Both the position numbers and the translations under genes were made by a program. Shown one piece after another: positions 27,176 to 36,207 of a DNA stretch of 57,888 bases (position 1 is its first letter; every line of letters starts with the position of its first letter). Under the pieces are notes generated by a model. It was not told where the DNA came from and searched no databases. It worked only from the letters and a program-made list of their open reading frames with translations. This DNA comes from an uncultured Spirochaetaceae bacterium (GTDB taxonomy: Bacteria > Spirochaetota > Spirochaetia > DSM-27196 > PWMO01), in assembly GCA_964635245.1 (NCBI GenBank), contig CAZWNS010000006.1, positions 1-57,888 on the forward strand, read 5' to 3'.

Positions 27176-29358
27176 CTCAGGGCGGCAAGCTCCTGCACCA
27201 GCTCGCGGACCTTGTCGGGTGACTCGAGGAAGTAGTTTGCACTCGAGATATCGACGCCCACCTTGATGGAGAAATGCTCCTCTGAGAGCATGCTGAAGAT
27301 GTCCTCATCGGTCCAGTCGTCACCCACCGCGAGCACGAAATCCCACCTGCTCCCGTCGTCGAGCCATCGTGCGGCGGCCCGACCCTTGCTGACGTCGCTG
27401 TTCTTCACCTCGATCATCTTGTTTCCCTCGAGCAGGGAAAGATCGAGGTTGGAAATGAGGCTGAGAAGCGCGTCCTTGAGCTCGGACAGACGTACCGCGG
27501 CAAGCTCCGGTTCGGCGCTACGATAGTGCCAGACAAGGGAGTAGTCGTTTTCCTCGATCGCCGATCCGGGCGTTCGGTCGCGATAGAGCTCGAGGATGGG
27601 GAGGATCTCCTCCTTCCAGCCGGGAGTGACCTGCTCCATGAGCTCCCACTCACCGTTCTTCTCCTTCACCCACACGCCGTGTCCGGCCACGATGCTCACG
27701 GGGATGTCGTCGAGGGCGCGTTCGAGAAAGCCCTTCTGGCGGCCGCTCAGGATCACGACGTGATTGCGCGTGTCGGAGGCAAGTCGCCGCAGGGCGTCCC
27801 TGGTCGGCGGATCGAGCACGCCCGGCGTCTCGCCATATGCGATGAGCGTGCCGTCGTAGTCGAGAAAGATGATCCGCCGATTGCTGTTGCCGTAGCGCTC
27901 GTGTATGCGGCCACGGGTTTCGGCGTTGAGGCGTTTGACCCGCAGCGAGCTCTGCACCTCGGCGATACCCTCGAGTTTGTGCATGAAGTCACGTGCCCAG
28001 TAGTGGATGTCGTAGCGTCGGAGGCGCGTGTGCATCCGCTCGTTCTTCTCGATCTGGTGGGCTTCGGGAAGCTCGAGGCCCTCCCGTATGGCGTCGGCAA
28101 TCTCATCGATATTGTTGGGGTTCACCGTCAGAGCCTCGCCGAGCTCTCTCGCCGATCCGGCGGTTTCGCTGAGGACCACCACGCCGAGGCGGTCACTGCG
28201 GACCGCCAGGTACTCCTTTGAGATGAGGTTCATCCCGTCGCGCAGCGGGGTGACGAGCAGCATGTCCGACTCCGCGTAGATCGCCGCAAGCTGGTGAAAC
28301 GGCGCGGGCCGATAGTAGTACCACACCGGGTTCCACCCGATGGTGCCGAAGTCACCGTTGATGATACTGGTAAGCTCGTCGATCTCCCGTTTGAGCTCCC
28401 GGTACTGCGGGACCTCCGTTCGTGAGGGAGCAACAATGAGCATCAGGGTGACATGCTCGCGATACTCGGGATAGCGCTCGAGGAAGCGATGGAATGCCCT
28501 GAGGCGAAGGGGGATGCCCTTCGAATAATCGAGACGGTCCACCGACAGGATGAGCTTCGGGGTCGTGACCTGCTCCCGCACCCGGGCGCGCTCCGTGCGC
28601 ACCTCCGGCAGATCGACGGCGGTGGAGTACTTCTCGTAGTCGATCCCCATCGGAAAGGCGTCCACCTTGATCATACGGTTGTCGAAGCGCACCTGTGCCA
28701 TGTGGTGCTCCGCGGCGAGAATGCGCCGGATACTCGAGAGGAAGTGGCGCGCGTAGTCGTAGGTATGAAACCCAACCAGGTCCGCGCCGAGAAGCCCGGT
28801 GAGGAGCTCACTGCGCCAGGGCAGGAGACGAAACACCTCGTAGGAGGGAAAAGGGATGTGGAGGAAAAAGCCGATGTGCGAATGGGGGAGCGCTTCCTTG
28901 AGCATCTGCGGCAGGAGCATCAGCTGATAGTCGTGCACCCAGATGTAGTCGTGCTCGTCGGCGACCTCCATGACCCGGTCGAAGAACGTGCGATTGACGC
29001 GCTCGTAGGCGTCCCAGGTTTCGTTTTCGTACTCGGTGATCGTTGGGAAGTAATGGAACAGGGGCCAGATTGTGCGGTTACAGAATCCGTAATAGAAGAG
29101 CTCGAGATCCTCGCTCGTGAGGTCGACGGCCACGCTCTTGTGGTCGCGTTCGAGGGTATCGGCGATCTGCGCAGCTTCGGCCGCGGTAAGCTCGTCGGCG
29201 GCCAGCCCGCTCCACCCGACCCACAGGCTGCCCTCCCGTTCATGCATCGACTTGAGTCCGGTCGCAAGCCCACCCATGCTCTGTTTGTACTCGAACCCGT
29301 CCGCACTGCGTGCGACGGACGTGGACATGCGGTTGGAAACGAGAATCGTTCGTGCCAT
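27172..29358 (-). CDS. Bifunctional trehalose-6-phosphate synthase / phosphatase (fused OtsA-OtsB)
   Basis: 728 aa. The N-terminal GT20 region has LWVGWSG, VHDYQLMLLP and LRDGMNLISKEY. The C-terminal HAD region has FLDYDGTL and GDDWTDEDIF. Confidence 0.9.
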   Translation of the reverse strand: MARTILVSNRMSTSVARSADGFEYKQSMGGLATGLKSMHEREGSLWVGWSGLAADELTAAEAAQIADTLERDHKSVAVDLTSEDLELFYYGFCNRTIWPLFHYFPTITEYENETWDAYERVNRTFFDRVMEVADEHDYIWVHDYQLMLLPQMLKEALPHSHIGFFLHIPFPSYEVFRLLPWRSELLTGLLGADLVGFHTYDYARHFLSSIRRILAAEHHMAQVRFDNRMIKVDAFPMGIDYEKYSTAVDLPEVRTERARVREQVTTPKLILSVDRLDYSKGIPLRLRAFHRFLERYPEYREHVTLMLIVAPSRTEVPQYRELKREIDELTSIINGDFGTIGWNPVWYYYRPAPFHQLAAIYAESDMLLVTPLRDGMNLISKEYLAVRSDRLGVVVLSETAGSARELGEALTVNPNNIDEIADAIREGLELPEAHQIEKNERMHTRLRRYDIHYWARDFMHKLEGIAEVQSSLRVKRLNAETRGRIHERYGNSNRRIIFLDYDGTLIAYGETPGVLDPPTRDALRRLASDTRNHVVILSGRQKGFLERALDDIPVSIVAGHGVWVKEKNGEWELMEQVTPGWKEEILPILELYRDRTPGSAIEENDYSLVWHYRSAEPELAAVRLSELKDALLSLISNLDLSLLEGNKMIEVKNSDVSKGRAAARWLDDGSRWDFVLAVGDDWTDEDIFSMLSEEHFSIKVGVDISSANYFLESPDKVRELVQELAALS

Positions 29359-29443
29359 GTAGAATCAGTATACGCACCGGATAGAGGGCACGTAAAGCCG
29401 GAGTCGGTTGCGACATCGCCCGGGCCTGCGATATAACGTGCCA

Positions 29444-30559
29444 ATGATCCACGGACATGACGCCGATACGGCGAGCTTCCTCAAGAGCCTCGGCTTCCCC
29501 GCCGTGCGCATCCATCACGCCTTCAATCACTTCGACTTCGTCCGAGCCTCCCGACGGATACTGGTCATCGGCCCGATGGGCTCGGGGAAGACCGAGTACT
29601 CCTCCCGGGTGTGGCGTGACTCCCGAATCGTGCTCCGCAAATCGGACGAGCTCGCCGCGATGACGAAGACAGGGGGAGCGGACAGGCGGCACGTGTTTTT
29701 CATACGCTCGGCACTGGACAAGAGACGGTTTCCCGATTACCCGGACGATGCGCTGGCCTATCGCGGCGGTTACGAGCGATGCGGCGACAACATAGCCGAG
29801 ATACAGGATTCGTTCGGCCTGGAGGAGGTCATACGCGATCATCAGGAGGTGGGGACCTGGATCATCGACGAAGCCTCGTTCTACGACGAGCGGCTCGCCT
29901 ACGTGGTGCGGCGGGAGTCCGAAATGCGGGGGCTCATCTTCATCTTTCCGTCACTCATCCTCAATTTCCGCAGATCCATCTTCAACTCCACCGCGAGCAT
30001 GCTGCTCGAGGTCGCCACCGACGTGTTCCCGCTGACCGCGTATTGCGAGCATGAGCGGTGTCTCACGGACTCCTTCTACACCTACCGCTACTACACGGTC
30101 GCCGGCGAGGAGTGTCCCGCTCTCTACTTCGATCCCCTGATCATCGTGGGCGGCGACGCCGAGACCGACAGCCCCACCGAACCGAACTACTGCACGCGCT
30201 GCGACGAGCATCATTACCTTCCCGGCAAGGAGTACACCTATCTGGTGCTCAAGCCCCTGGGTGTGGAGGCGTCCTACGGCCACACCGGGGCGCTCGAAAC
30301 GGAGCTGCGGGCGTTAAAGGAGAATCTGGCGGAGTCCCGGCTCTCGGCGAGCTTTCGCGAGCTCTACGGAGAGGCCGAGTCGACGATGACGAACGCCCTT
30401 CGCGTTCCCTGCATCGCCGAGAAGGCGCTGGTGTTTCTCTTTGCGGAGGAGAACCTTCTTACCGAAGAACAGGTCCGGCATCTGACCGGGAAGCTGAACC
30501 TCGACACCGAGTATCTCTCTACACGCCTTGCAGATAACCACCGTCCCATCCGCTTCTGA
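29444..30559 (+). CDS. Atypical thymidine-kinase-fold (TK1-like) protein with N- and C-terminal extensions
   Basis: The P-loop is GPMGSGKT and Walker-B-like is WIIDEASFYDE. The zinc-ribbon/lasso-like part has CEHERC, IIVGGD and YCTRCDEHHY. It is 371 aa from the ATG at 29444; the TTG at 29408 is an alternative. TTGCGA-18-TATAAC ends 6 nt before the ATG. Confidence 0.65.
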   Translation: MIHGHDADTASFLKSLGFPAVRIHHAFNHFDFVRASRRILVIGPMGSGKTEYSSRVWRDSRIVLRKSDELAAMTKTGGADRRHVFFIRSALDKRRFPDYPDDALAYRGGYERCGDNIAEIQDSFGLEEVIRDHQEVGTWIIDEASFYDERLAYVVRRESEMRGLIFIFPSLILNFRRSIFNSTASMLLEVATDVFPLTAYCEHERCLTDSFYTYRYYTVAGEECPALYFDPLIIVGGDAETDSPTEPNYCTRCDEHHYLPGKEYTYLVLKPLGVEASYGHTGALETELRALKENLAESRLSASFRELYGEAESTMTNALRVPCIAEKALVFLFAEENLLTEEQVRHLTGKLNLDTEYLSTRLADNHRPIRF

Positions 30560-30605
30560 GACGGGCGTCCCCGGCGTGTTGCGCGCGGGCCGGATAAGAG
30601 ATTGC

Positions 30606-30653
30606 TTGACAACCGCCCGAGGGCCGGATACGGTGACACTCACAGTTTTGTGA
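30606..30653 (+). promoter_or_regulatory. Candidate promoter plus TCACA-N4-TGTGA inverted repeat upstream of the nucleoside transporter operon
   Basis: TTGACA (30606-30611) is followed by a 17-nt spacer and TACGGT (30629-30634). The inverted repeat TCACAgtttTGTGA is at 30640-30653, and GGGGG lies 6 nt before the ATG at 30673. Confidence 0.4.
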
Positions 30654-30672
30654 CATTCAAAAGGGGGTAGAC

Positions 30673-31845
30673 ATGAAAAGGACGGCAGTGGTCATCGCTG
30701 GTCTGACTGTACTCGCTGTGCTGCTCGTAGGCTGCGGCCCGGCCGAAGAAGAGGCCGCCGAAGCCGAGGAGCAGGAGACCGAGTTCCGCATCGGTATTGT
30801 CTTCGACGTCGGGGGACGGGGCGACAATTCGTTTAACGATTCCGCCTACCGCGGGCTGCGGCAGGTGGCCGAAGAGTATGAGGGCTACATCGCGGACGAT
30901 CCGGACGAGGTCGATTTCGGCAACCGGATTGAGCTGAAGTACCTCGAGCCGCGGGAAGGCGGCCAGGACCGCGAGCAGCTGATGCGCGTCATGGCCGAGG
31001 ACGGCTACGGACTCATCTTCGGCGTCGGCTTCGCCTTTACCGATGTTATCGGGAAGGTGGCCGAGGACTTCCCGGAGACGCACTTCGGCCTCATCGACGG
31101 AACTGTACCCGATCTTACCGACGAATCCAACATCACCGCGATTTCTTTCGCCGAGCATGAGGGCTCCTTTCTCGTCGGGGCGCTTGCCGGTATGCTCGCC
31201 GAAGAGATGGACGTTGAGAATCCGAAGATCGGCTACATCGGCGGTATGGACAGTCCGCTCATCCACAAGTTTCACGGCGGCTACATGGCCGGGGCGATGT
31301 ACGTCAATGAGAGTCTCCGCGAGGACGACATGATCATGGCGCAGTACATCGGCCAGGACCCGACGGCGTTCAGCGATCCCCAGAAGGCAAACAGCATTGC
31401 GCTCGACATGTACGACGACGGGGCGGAGATCATCTACCACGCCGCCGGTGCATCGGGCTCGGGCCTTTTTAACGCCGCGGCCGAAGAGGACAAGTGGGCC
31501 ATCGGTGTGGACTCCGATCAGGGCCTGATTCTCGCCGAGTCGGACTCCGCCGAGGACCGCTCGATCGCCGAACACATCGTCACCTCGATGATGAAGCGCG
31601 TCGACAACTCCGTATTCCTGCTCTCGGAGACCTACATCGAGAACGACGGCGAGGTATCCGGCGGATACACCACCTACCGTCTCGAGGACGACGGCGTCGG
31701 CTACGCGGTAAACGAGTACAACGAAGAGCTGGTTTCGCCGTATGAGGAAGAGCTCGAGGAGATCAAGCAGGAGATCGTCGACGGAGAGATCAGCGTACCC
31801 GATCACGACGACAAGCTCGAAGACTGGGCGGACGAAACCTTCTAA
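30673..31845 (+). CDS. BMP-family (PnrA/TmpC/Med-like) nucleoside-binding lipoprotein, ABC substrate-binding component
   Basis: It has a signal peptide with lipobox LLVGC. FDVGGRGDNSFND, GFAF and IGVDSDQ are typical of basic membrane protein family binders. Confidence 0.9.
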   Translation: MKRTAVVIAGLTVLAVLLVGCGPAEEEAAEAEEQETEFRIGIVFDVGGRGDNSFNDSAYRGLRQVAEEYEGYIADDPDEVDFGNRIELKYLEPREGGQDREQLMRVMAEDGYGLIFGVGFAFTDVIGKVAEDFPETHFGLIDGTVPDLTDESNITAISFAEHEGSFLVGALAGMLAEEMDVENPKIGYIGGMDSPLIHKFHGGYMAGAMYVNESLREDDMIMAQYIGQDPTAFSDPQKANSIALDMYDDGAEIIYHAAGASGSGLFNAAAEEDKWAIGVDSDQGLILAESDSAEDRSIAEHIVTSMMKRVDNSVFLLSETYIENDGEVSGGYTTYRLEDDGVGYAVNEYNEELVSPYEEELEEIKQEIVDGEISVPDHDDKLEDWADETF

Positions 31846-31875
31846 GGCGCGTACGCTCAAAAGGAATCTCGATCG

Positions 31876-31898
31876 GCGGGGCCCGGCCGGGGCCCCGC
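31876..31898 (+). terminator. Intercistronic GC-rich stem-loop (partial terminator or mRNA stabiliser) between binding-protein and ATPase genes
   Basis: An 8-bp perfect stem GCGGGGCC / GGCCCCGC with a 7-nt loop. There is no U-tract. Confidence 0.45.
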
Positions 31899-31928
31899 AC
31901 AGTCTTCCGCCAACAAGAGAGGACGCGC

Positions 31929-33509
31929 ATGGCGCTGCTTCGTATGGACGGGATCACCAAAGTGTTCCCGGGAGTGGTCGCAAACGACTCTATCTCGTTC
32001 GACCTGCAGCGGGGCGAAATTCATGCCCTCGTCGGTGAGAACGGTGCGGGAAAGACCACCCTGATGAAGATCCTCTACGGCCTCTACGCTCCGGATGCCG
32101 GCGAGATCTATATCCGGGACGAAAAGGTGCGGATCCAGAATCCCAGGGACGCCATCAAGAAGGGCGTGGGGATGGTGCACCAGCATTTCATGCTCGTGCG
32201 CCCCTTCACCGTGACCGAAAACATCATACTCGGGGAGGAGAACACCGAGCTCGCCGAAGCGGAGCGCGAGGACCCCTCGGTGGTACGGCGCATCCTCGGC
32301 CGGATCCGGCGGGTTCTCTCACTCGATATCGCCCGACCGATGAAACGTATCGCCGAGCTGATGGAGACGAACCGGATTCAGGTGGACCAGCGGGCCCGCA
32401 TCGAGGACCTTCCCGTTGGTCTCCAGCAGCGCGTCGAAATCCTGAAAGTGCTCTACCGTGGCGCGGAGATCCTCGTGTTTGACGAGCCGACCGCGGTACT
32501 CACGCCGCAGGAGGTGGAGGAGCTCTTCAACACCTTTCGCCGGCTCACCGAGCAGGGCAAGGCCATCATCTTCATCACGCATAAGCTCGACGAGGTGCTC
32601 CAGGTTGCCGACCGCATCACGGTGATCCGACGCGGGACAATCGTGGAGACGCTGCCCCGGGCCGAGGCCGACAAGCAGAAGCTCGCCGAGCTCATGGTCG
32701 GTAAACCGGTGCTCCTGAGCGTCGAGAATCCGCCGCCGCAGCCGGGCGAGGTTGCCCTCGAGGTTGCACACGTGAGCTTCCGCAATGAGGACGGCATCCT
32801 CGTTCTCCACGATATCAATTTCGAGATCCGGGAAGGCGAAGTCTTTGGAATTGCCGGCGTGGAGGGAAACGGACAGAACGCGCTGGCCCGCGTTCTCATG
32901 GAACGGGTCGAGCTCGAGTCAGGGGTCATCCGGCTCTACGGTGAGGACCTCGGACCCTACGATATCCGAGAGCGCCGTGACCGCGGGGTGGGGTTCATTC
33001 CGGACGACCGCAGTCGCTACGGCCTCATTCTTCCCTTCAGCCTTGCCGACAACCTGGTTCTCGGACGCCACCACCGGCCGCCTTTCGTCGGCAACCTGCA
33101 GTTTATTCAGAGACAGGAAATCCAGCGCTTCGCCCGGCAGGCTATCGCCGACTACGATATCAGAACGCCCTCCGAAGCCATACCCGCTCACGCCCTCTCA
33201 GGTGGAAACCAGCAGAAGGTCATCGTTGCGCGGGAGCTCAGCAGCGGGCCGAAGCTTCTCGTGGCAAGCCAGCCGACCCGCGGTGTGGATGTGGGTGCGA
33301 TGGAGTTCATCTACCGGCAACTCGTCTCGGCCAAGGAGCAGAAGAAGGCCGTACTTCTGATTTCGGCCGACCTCGACGAGGTTATGTCGATGTCGGACCG
33401 TATCGGGGTCATCTACAAGGGCCGCATCATCAAGATCTTCGACCGGGCTTCCGCCAACAAGGAGGAGGTCGGCTTCTACATGATGGGTGAGAAGGGAGTG
33501 AGCGCATGA
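31929..33509 (+). CDS. Sugar/nucleoside-type ABC transporter ATP-binding protein (two fused ATPase domains)
   Basis: 526 aa. The first domain has GENGAGKTT, LQQRVEILK and ILVFDEPT. The second has LSGGNQQK plus a degenerate second P-loop (GVEGNGQ). Confidence 0.92.
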   Translation: MALLRMDGITKVFPGVVANDSISFDLQRGEIHALVGENGAGKTTLMKILYGLYAPDAGEIYIRDEKVRIQNPRDAIKKGVGMVHQHFMLVRPFTVTENIILGEENTELAEAEREDPSVVRRILGRIRRVLSLDIARPMKRIAELMETNRIQVDQRARIEDLPVGLQQRVEILKVLYRGAEILVFDEPTAVLTPQEVEELFNTFRRLTEQGKAIIFITHKLDEVLQVADRITVIRRGTIVETLPRAEADKQKLAELMVGKPVLLSVENPPPQPGEVALEVAHVSFRNEDGILVLHDINFEIREGEVFGIAGVEGNGQNALARVLMERVELESGVIRLYGEDLGPYDIRERRDRGVGFIPDDRSRYGLILPFSLADNLVLGRHHRPPFVGNLQFIQRQEIQRFARQAIADYDIRTPSEAIPAHALSGGNQQKVIVARELSSGPKLLVASQPTRGVDVGAMEFIYRQLVSAKEQKKAVLLISADLDEVMSMSDRIGVIYKGRIIKIFDRASANKEEVGFYMMGEKGVSA

Positions 33510-34603
33510 TCCGCCGCATGAGCCGTCTCGACCTTCTGGCCATAGCAGCCCCGTTTATCGGGTTTTTCGCGGCGCTGGTCATCCTGCTCCTCATCGTGCT
33601 CGCCGTCGGGGAGAGTCCGGCGAAGGCCGTCGAGGCCATTATCCGGATGACGACCGGGAACCCCTCCCGCTCGGCGACCGTGTTGTCTCAGGCGATCCCC
33701 CTCTTCCTCGCCGGCATCGCCGTGGCCATCGCCTTCCGCGCGAGCGTGTTTAACATCGGCGCCGAGGGGCAATACTTCTTCGGCGGGTTCGTCGGCGCCC
33801 TTGCCGGTATCTACTTCCAGCTCCCGGCATTTCTCCACATTCCGGTCGTGGTGCTCTTCAGCATGATCGGCGGCGCCATGTGGGCGGCCATTCCGGCCAT
33901 TCTGAAGGTGAAGCGCGGCGTGCATGAGGTCATCACGACGATCATGTTCAACAACATCGCCGTGCTCCTTATCAACTATCTGGTGAACAACGTCTTCTCC
34001 GGCATACAGGCCGGGGAGAGTCTGGAGCCGCAAACCGCTCCCATTCGCGACACCGCGTTGTTCGGGAAGCTCAACTGGTTCTTCCGCGGACTCGGGTGGG
34101 ACATGGGGGATCACGTGTACCTCGACTACAGCCTGCTCGTGGCGATCATCATGGGGTTCCTGCTGTGGTTTCTCATTTTCAGGACCCGCTACGGATTCGA
34201 GGTGCGCGCGGTCGGCACGGCCATGGACGCCTCGCGCTACGCCGGTATCAAGGTTAAACGGGTGCAGATCGGGTCCTTTCTCCTCAGCGGAGGGCTCGCG
34301 GGACTTATCGGCCTGCAGGAAATATTCGCCATACGCGGCTTCTACAGCTACGAGATCGCCCGCGGCCTCGGCTTCGACGGCATAGCCATCGCGCTGATCG
34401 GGCGGAACAACCCCATCGGGGTGGTGTTCGGGGCGCTGCTGTTCAGCTTCCTCAAGCAGGCCGGATACGGGCTGCAGCTCTATACCTCCGTGCCGAACTC
34501 GGTGACCGACGTTATCACGGGTGCCATGATCATCATCATCGTCGTTACGAACGAAATCATCGCGCGCTACATCAAGCGTGTGCGTCAGAGGGAGGCGGTA
34601 TAG
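33506..34603 (+). CDS. ABC transporter permease (nucleoside/sugar type)
   Basis: 365 aa and polytopic. Its start overlaps the stop of the ATPase gene by 4 nt (ATGA). FNIGAEGQ is typical of this permease family. Confidence 0.9.
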   Translation: MIRRMSRLDLLAIAAPFIGFFAALVILLLIVLAVGESPAKAVEAIIRMTTGNPSRSATVLSQAIPLFLAGIAVAIAFRASVFNIGAEGQYFFGGFVGALAGIYFQLPAFLHIPVVVLFSMIGGAMWAAIPAILKVKRGVHEVITTIMFNNIAVLLINYLVNNVFSGIQAGESLEPQTAPIRDTALFGKLNWFFRGLGWDMGDHVYLDYSLLVAIIMGFLLWFLIFRTRYGFEVRAVGTAMDASRYAGIKVKRVQIGSFLLSGGLAGLIGLQEIFAIRGFYSYEIARGLGFDGIAIALIGRNNPIGVVFGALLFSFLKQAGYGLQLYTSVPNSVTDVITGAMIIIIVVTNEIIARYIKRVRQREAV

Positions 34604-35473
34604 ATGGATGTTCTCGGTGAGTTCCTGATCCGCGGTCTGCAGGTCTCCGCCCCCATAGCCTTTGCCTCCATCGGAGGGGTGTTCTCCGAGCGAAGCGGCA
34701 TTATCAATATCGCCCTCGAGGGCATCATGATCGTCACTACCTTCGCCATCGTGTGGGGCGCGCTGGTGTTCCAGAGTTTCTTCATGGGGCTGCTCGTCGC
34801 GGTTCTCTCCGGCATCCTCATGGCGCTCATCCACGCGGTCGCCACCGTGACCTATCGGGTGAACCAGATTGTGTCGGGCGTGGCGATAAACATTCTCGCG
34901 GTGGGTATCTCCCGGTTTCTCTCGCAGCGCATTTTCGGCCAGGAGACCCAGTCGCCGAGCAACCCCTTCCTTCCACCGCGCCTCTTCGGAGCAAACGGCA
35001 TGGCCGTCGCGCTCATTCCGATCGCCGTCATCGCCTGGTATGTCCTGTTCAGGACGTCGTTCGGGTTGCGGCTGCGGTCGGTGGGGGAGAACCCGGAATC
35101 GGCTGATACGGTCGGTATTGATGTATACCTCATGCGCTACGCCGGCGTGCTCATCTCCGGCGCCCTGGTGGGATTCTCAGCGGCAACGCTCTATCCGGCG
35201 CAGTGGGTCAGCGGGATGACCGGCGGGCGCGGCTACATTGCTCTGGCGGCGATGATCTTCGGGCGTTTCCATCCGATAGGAGCGGTGCTCGCGTCGCTTC
35301 TGTTCGGCTTCGCGGAGTCCTTCCGCATCATGTTCGAGACCCAGATCCCCATACCGGGGCAGTTCGTACAGATGCTTCCCTACGTGCTCGCGGTGGTGGT
35401 CCTTGCCGGATTCGTCGGCCGGGCCCGTCCGCCCGCCGCCGACGGTCAGCCCTACGAGAAGGGCGAGGCGTGA
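34604..35473 (+). CDS. ABC transporter permease (second subunit)
   Basis: 289 aa and polytopic. Its ATG immediately follows the upstream TAG. It has the INIALEG motif. Confidence 0.9.
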   Translation: MDVLGEFLIRGLQVSAPIAFASIGGVFSERSGIINIALEGIMIVTTFAIVWGALVFQSFFMGLLVAVLSGILMALIHAVATVTYRVNQIVSGVAINILAVGISRFLSQRIFGQETQSPSNPFLPPRLFGANGMAVALIPIAVIAWYVLFRTSFGLRLRSVGENPESADTVGIDVYLMRYAGVLISGALVGFSAATLYPAQWVSGMTGGRGYIALAAMIFGRFHPIGAVLASLLFGFAESFRIMFETQIPIPGQFVQMLPYVLAVVVLAGFVGRARPPAADGQPYEKGEA

Positions 35474-36159
35474 ACGAGCTCTACTGGGTCATACTGCTCC
35501 TCGTGAACTTCGCGTTCGTTGCGCTCATGTTCCGGTTCTTCGGACCCGAGGGGCTCGCCGTCTGGATGGGCGTGTGCGTCATCGCCGCGAACATACAGGT
35601 GATGAAGACCATCGAAGTCTTCGGAGTTACCGCCACGCTCGGCAATATCGTGTACGCGAGCTCCTTCCTCATCACCGACATTCTCTCGGAGAACTACGGG
35701 AAGGAGGCGGCGCGGCGGGTGGTCTACTTCGGGCTTGCCGTCATTGTCGGCTTTACACTGATCATGAACCTGGCTCTCCTCTTCGAGCCGGCGCCGGACG
35801 ACTTTGCCCACGGGAGTCTGCAGACCATCTTCGGTTTTCTGCCCCGTATCGCCGCCGCGAGCCTGGCGGCCTATCTCGTCTCACAGCTTCACGATGTGTG
35901 GGCCTACGCCTTCTGGAGGCGCCGTTTCTCCGGCGTCCGAAACATCTGGATCCGCAACAACCTCAGCACCATGGTGAGCCAGCTCGTCGACTCGCTCGTG
36001 TTCACGGCGGTCGCCTTTGCCGGTGTGTTCTCGTTCGCAGTGTTTGTCGAGATCGTGCTGACCACCTATCTGCTCAAGGTCATCGTCGCGGCGGCGGATA
36101 CTCCGTTCGTGTATCTGGCAACCTGGTGGGTGCGGCGGGAGAAAGTCGGCGGACGGTGA
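35470..36159 (+). CDS. yhhQ: Queuosine-precursor transporter, YhhQ/VUT family
   Basis: Trimmed from ORF 35203..36159 to the GTG at 35470, which overlaps the permease stop (GTGA). LGNIVYASSFLITDILSENYGKEAARR and SQLVDSLVF resemble YhhQ conserved blocks. Confidence 0.8.
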   Translation: MNELYWVILLLVNFAFVALMFRFFGPEGLAVWMGVCVIAANIQVMKTIEVFGVTATLGNIVYASSFLITDILSENYGKEAARRVVYFGLAVIVGFTLIMNLALLFEPAPDDFAHGSLQTIFGFLPRIAAASLAAYLVSQLHDVWAYAFWRRRFSGVRNIWIRNNLSTMVSQLVDSLVFTAVAFAGVFSFAVFVEIVLTTYLLKVIVAAADTPFVYLATWWVRREKVGGR

Positions 36160-36207
36160 CGCCGCGAAGCGGTAGGTGAGCCGGCCACGGCTCCCGCGTT
36201 CGGCCGG

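Noticed and set aside
30640-31860. 406-aa minus-strand ORF opposite the BMP lipoprotein gene; likewise 33476..34834 opposite the permease, 5910..7487 opposite ptsP, and 216..875 opposite the radical SAM gene
   Set aside because: In each case the opposite strand encodes a protein with family-specific motifs, and the shadow ORF has none.
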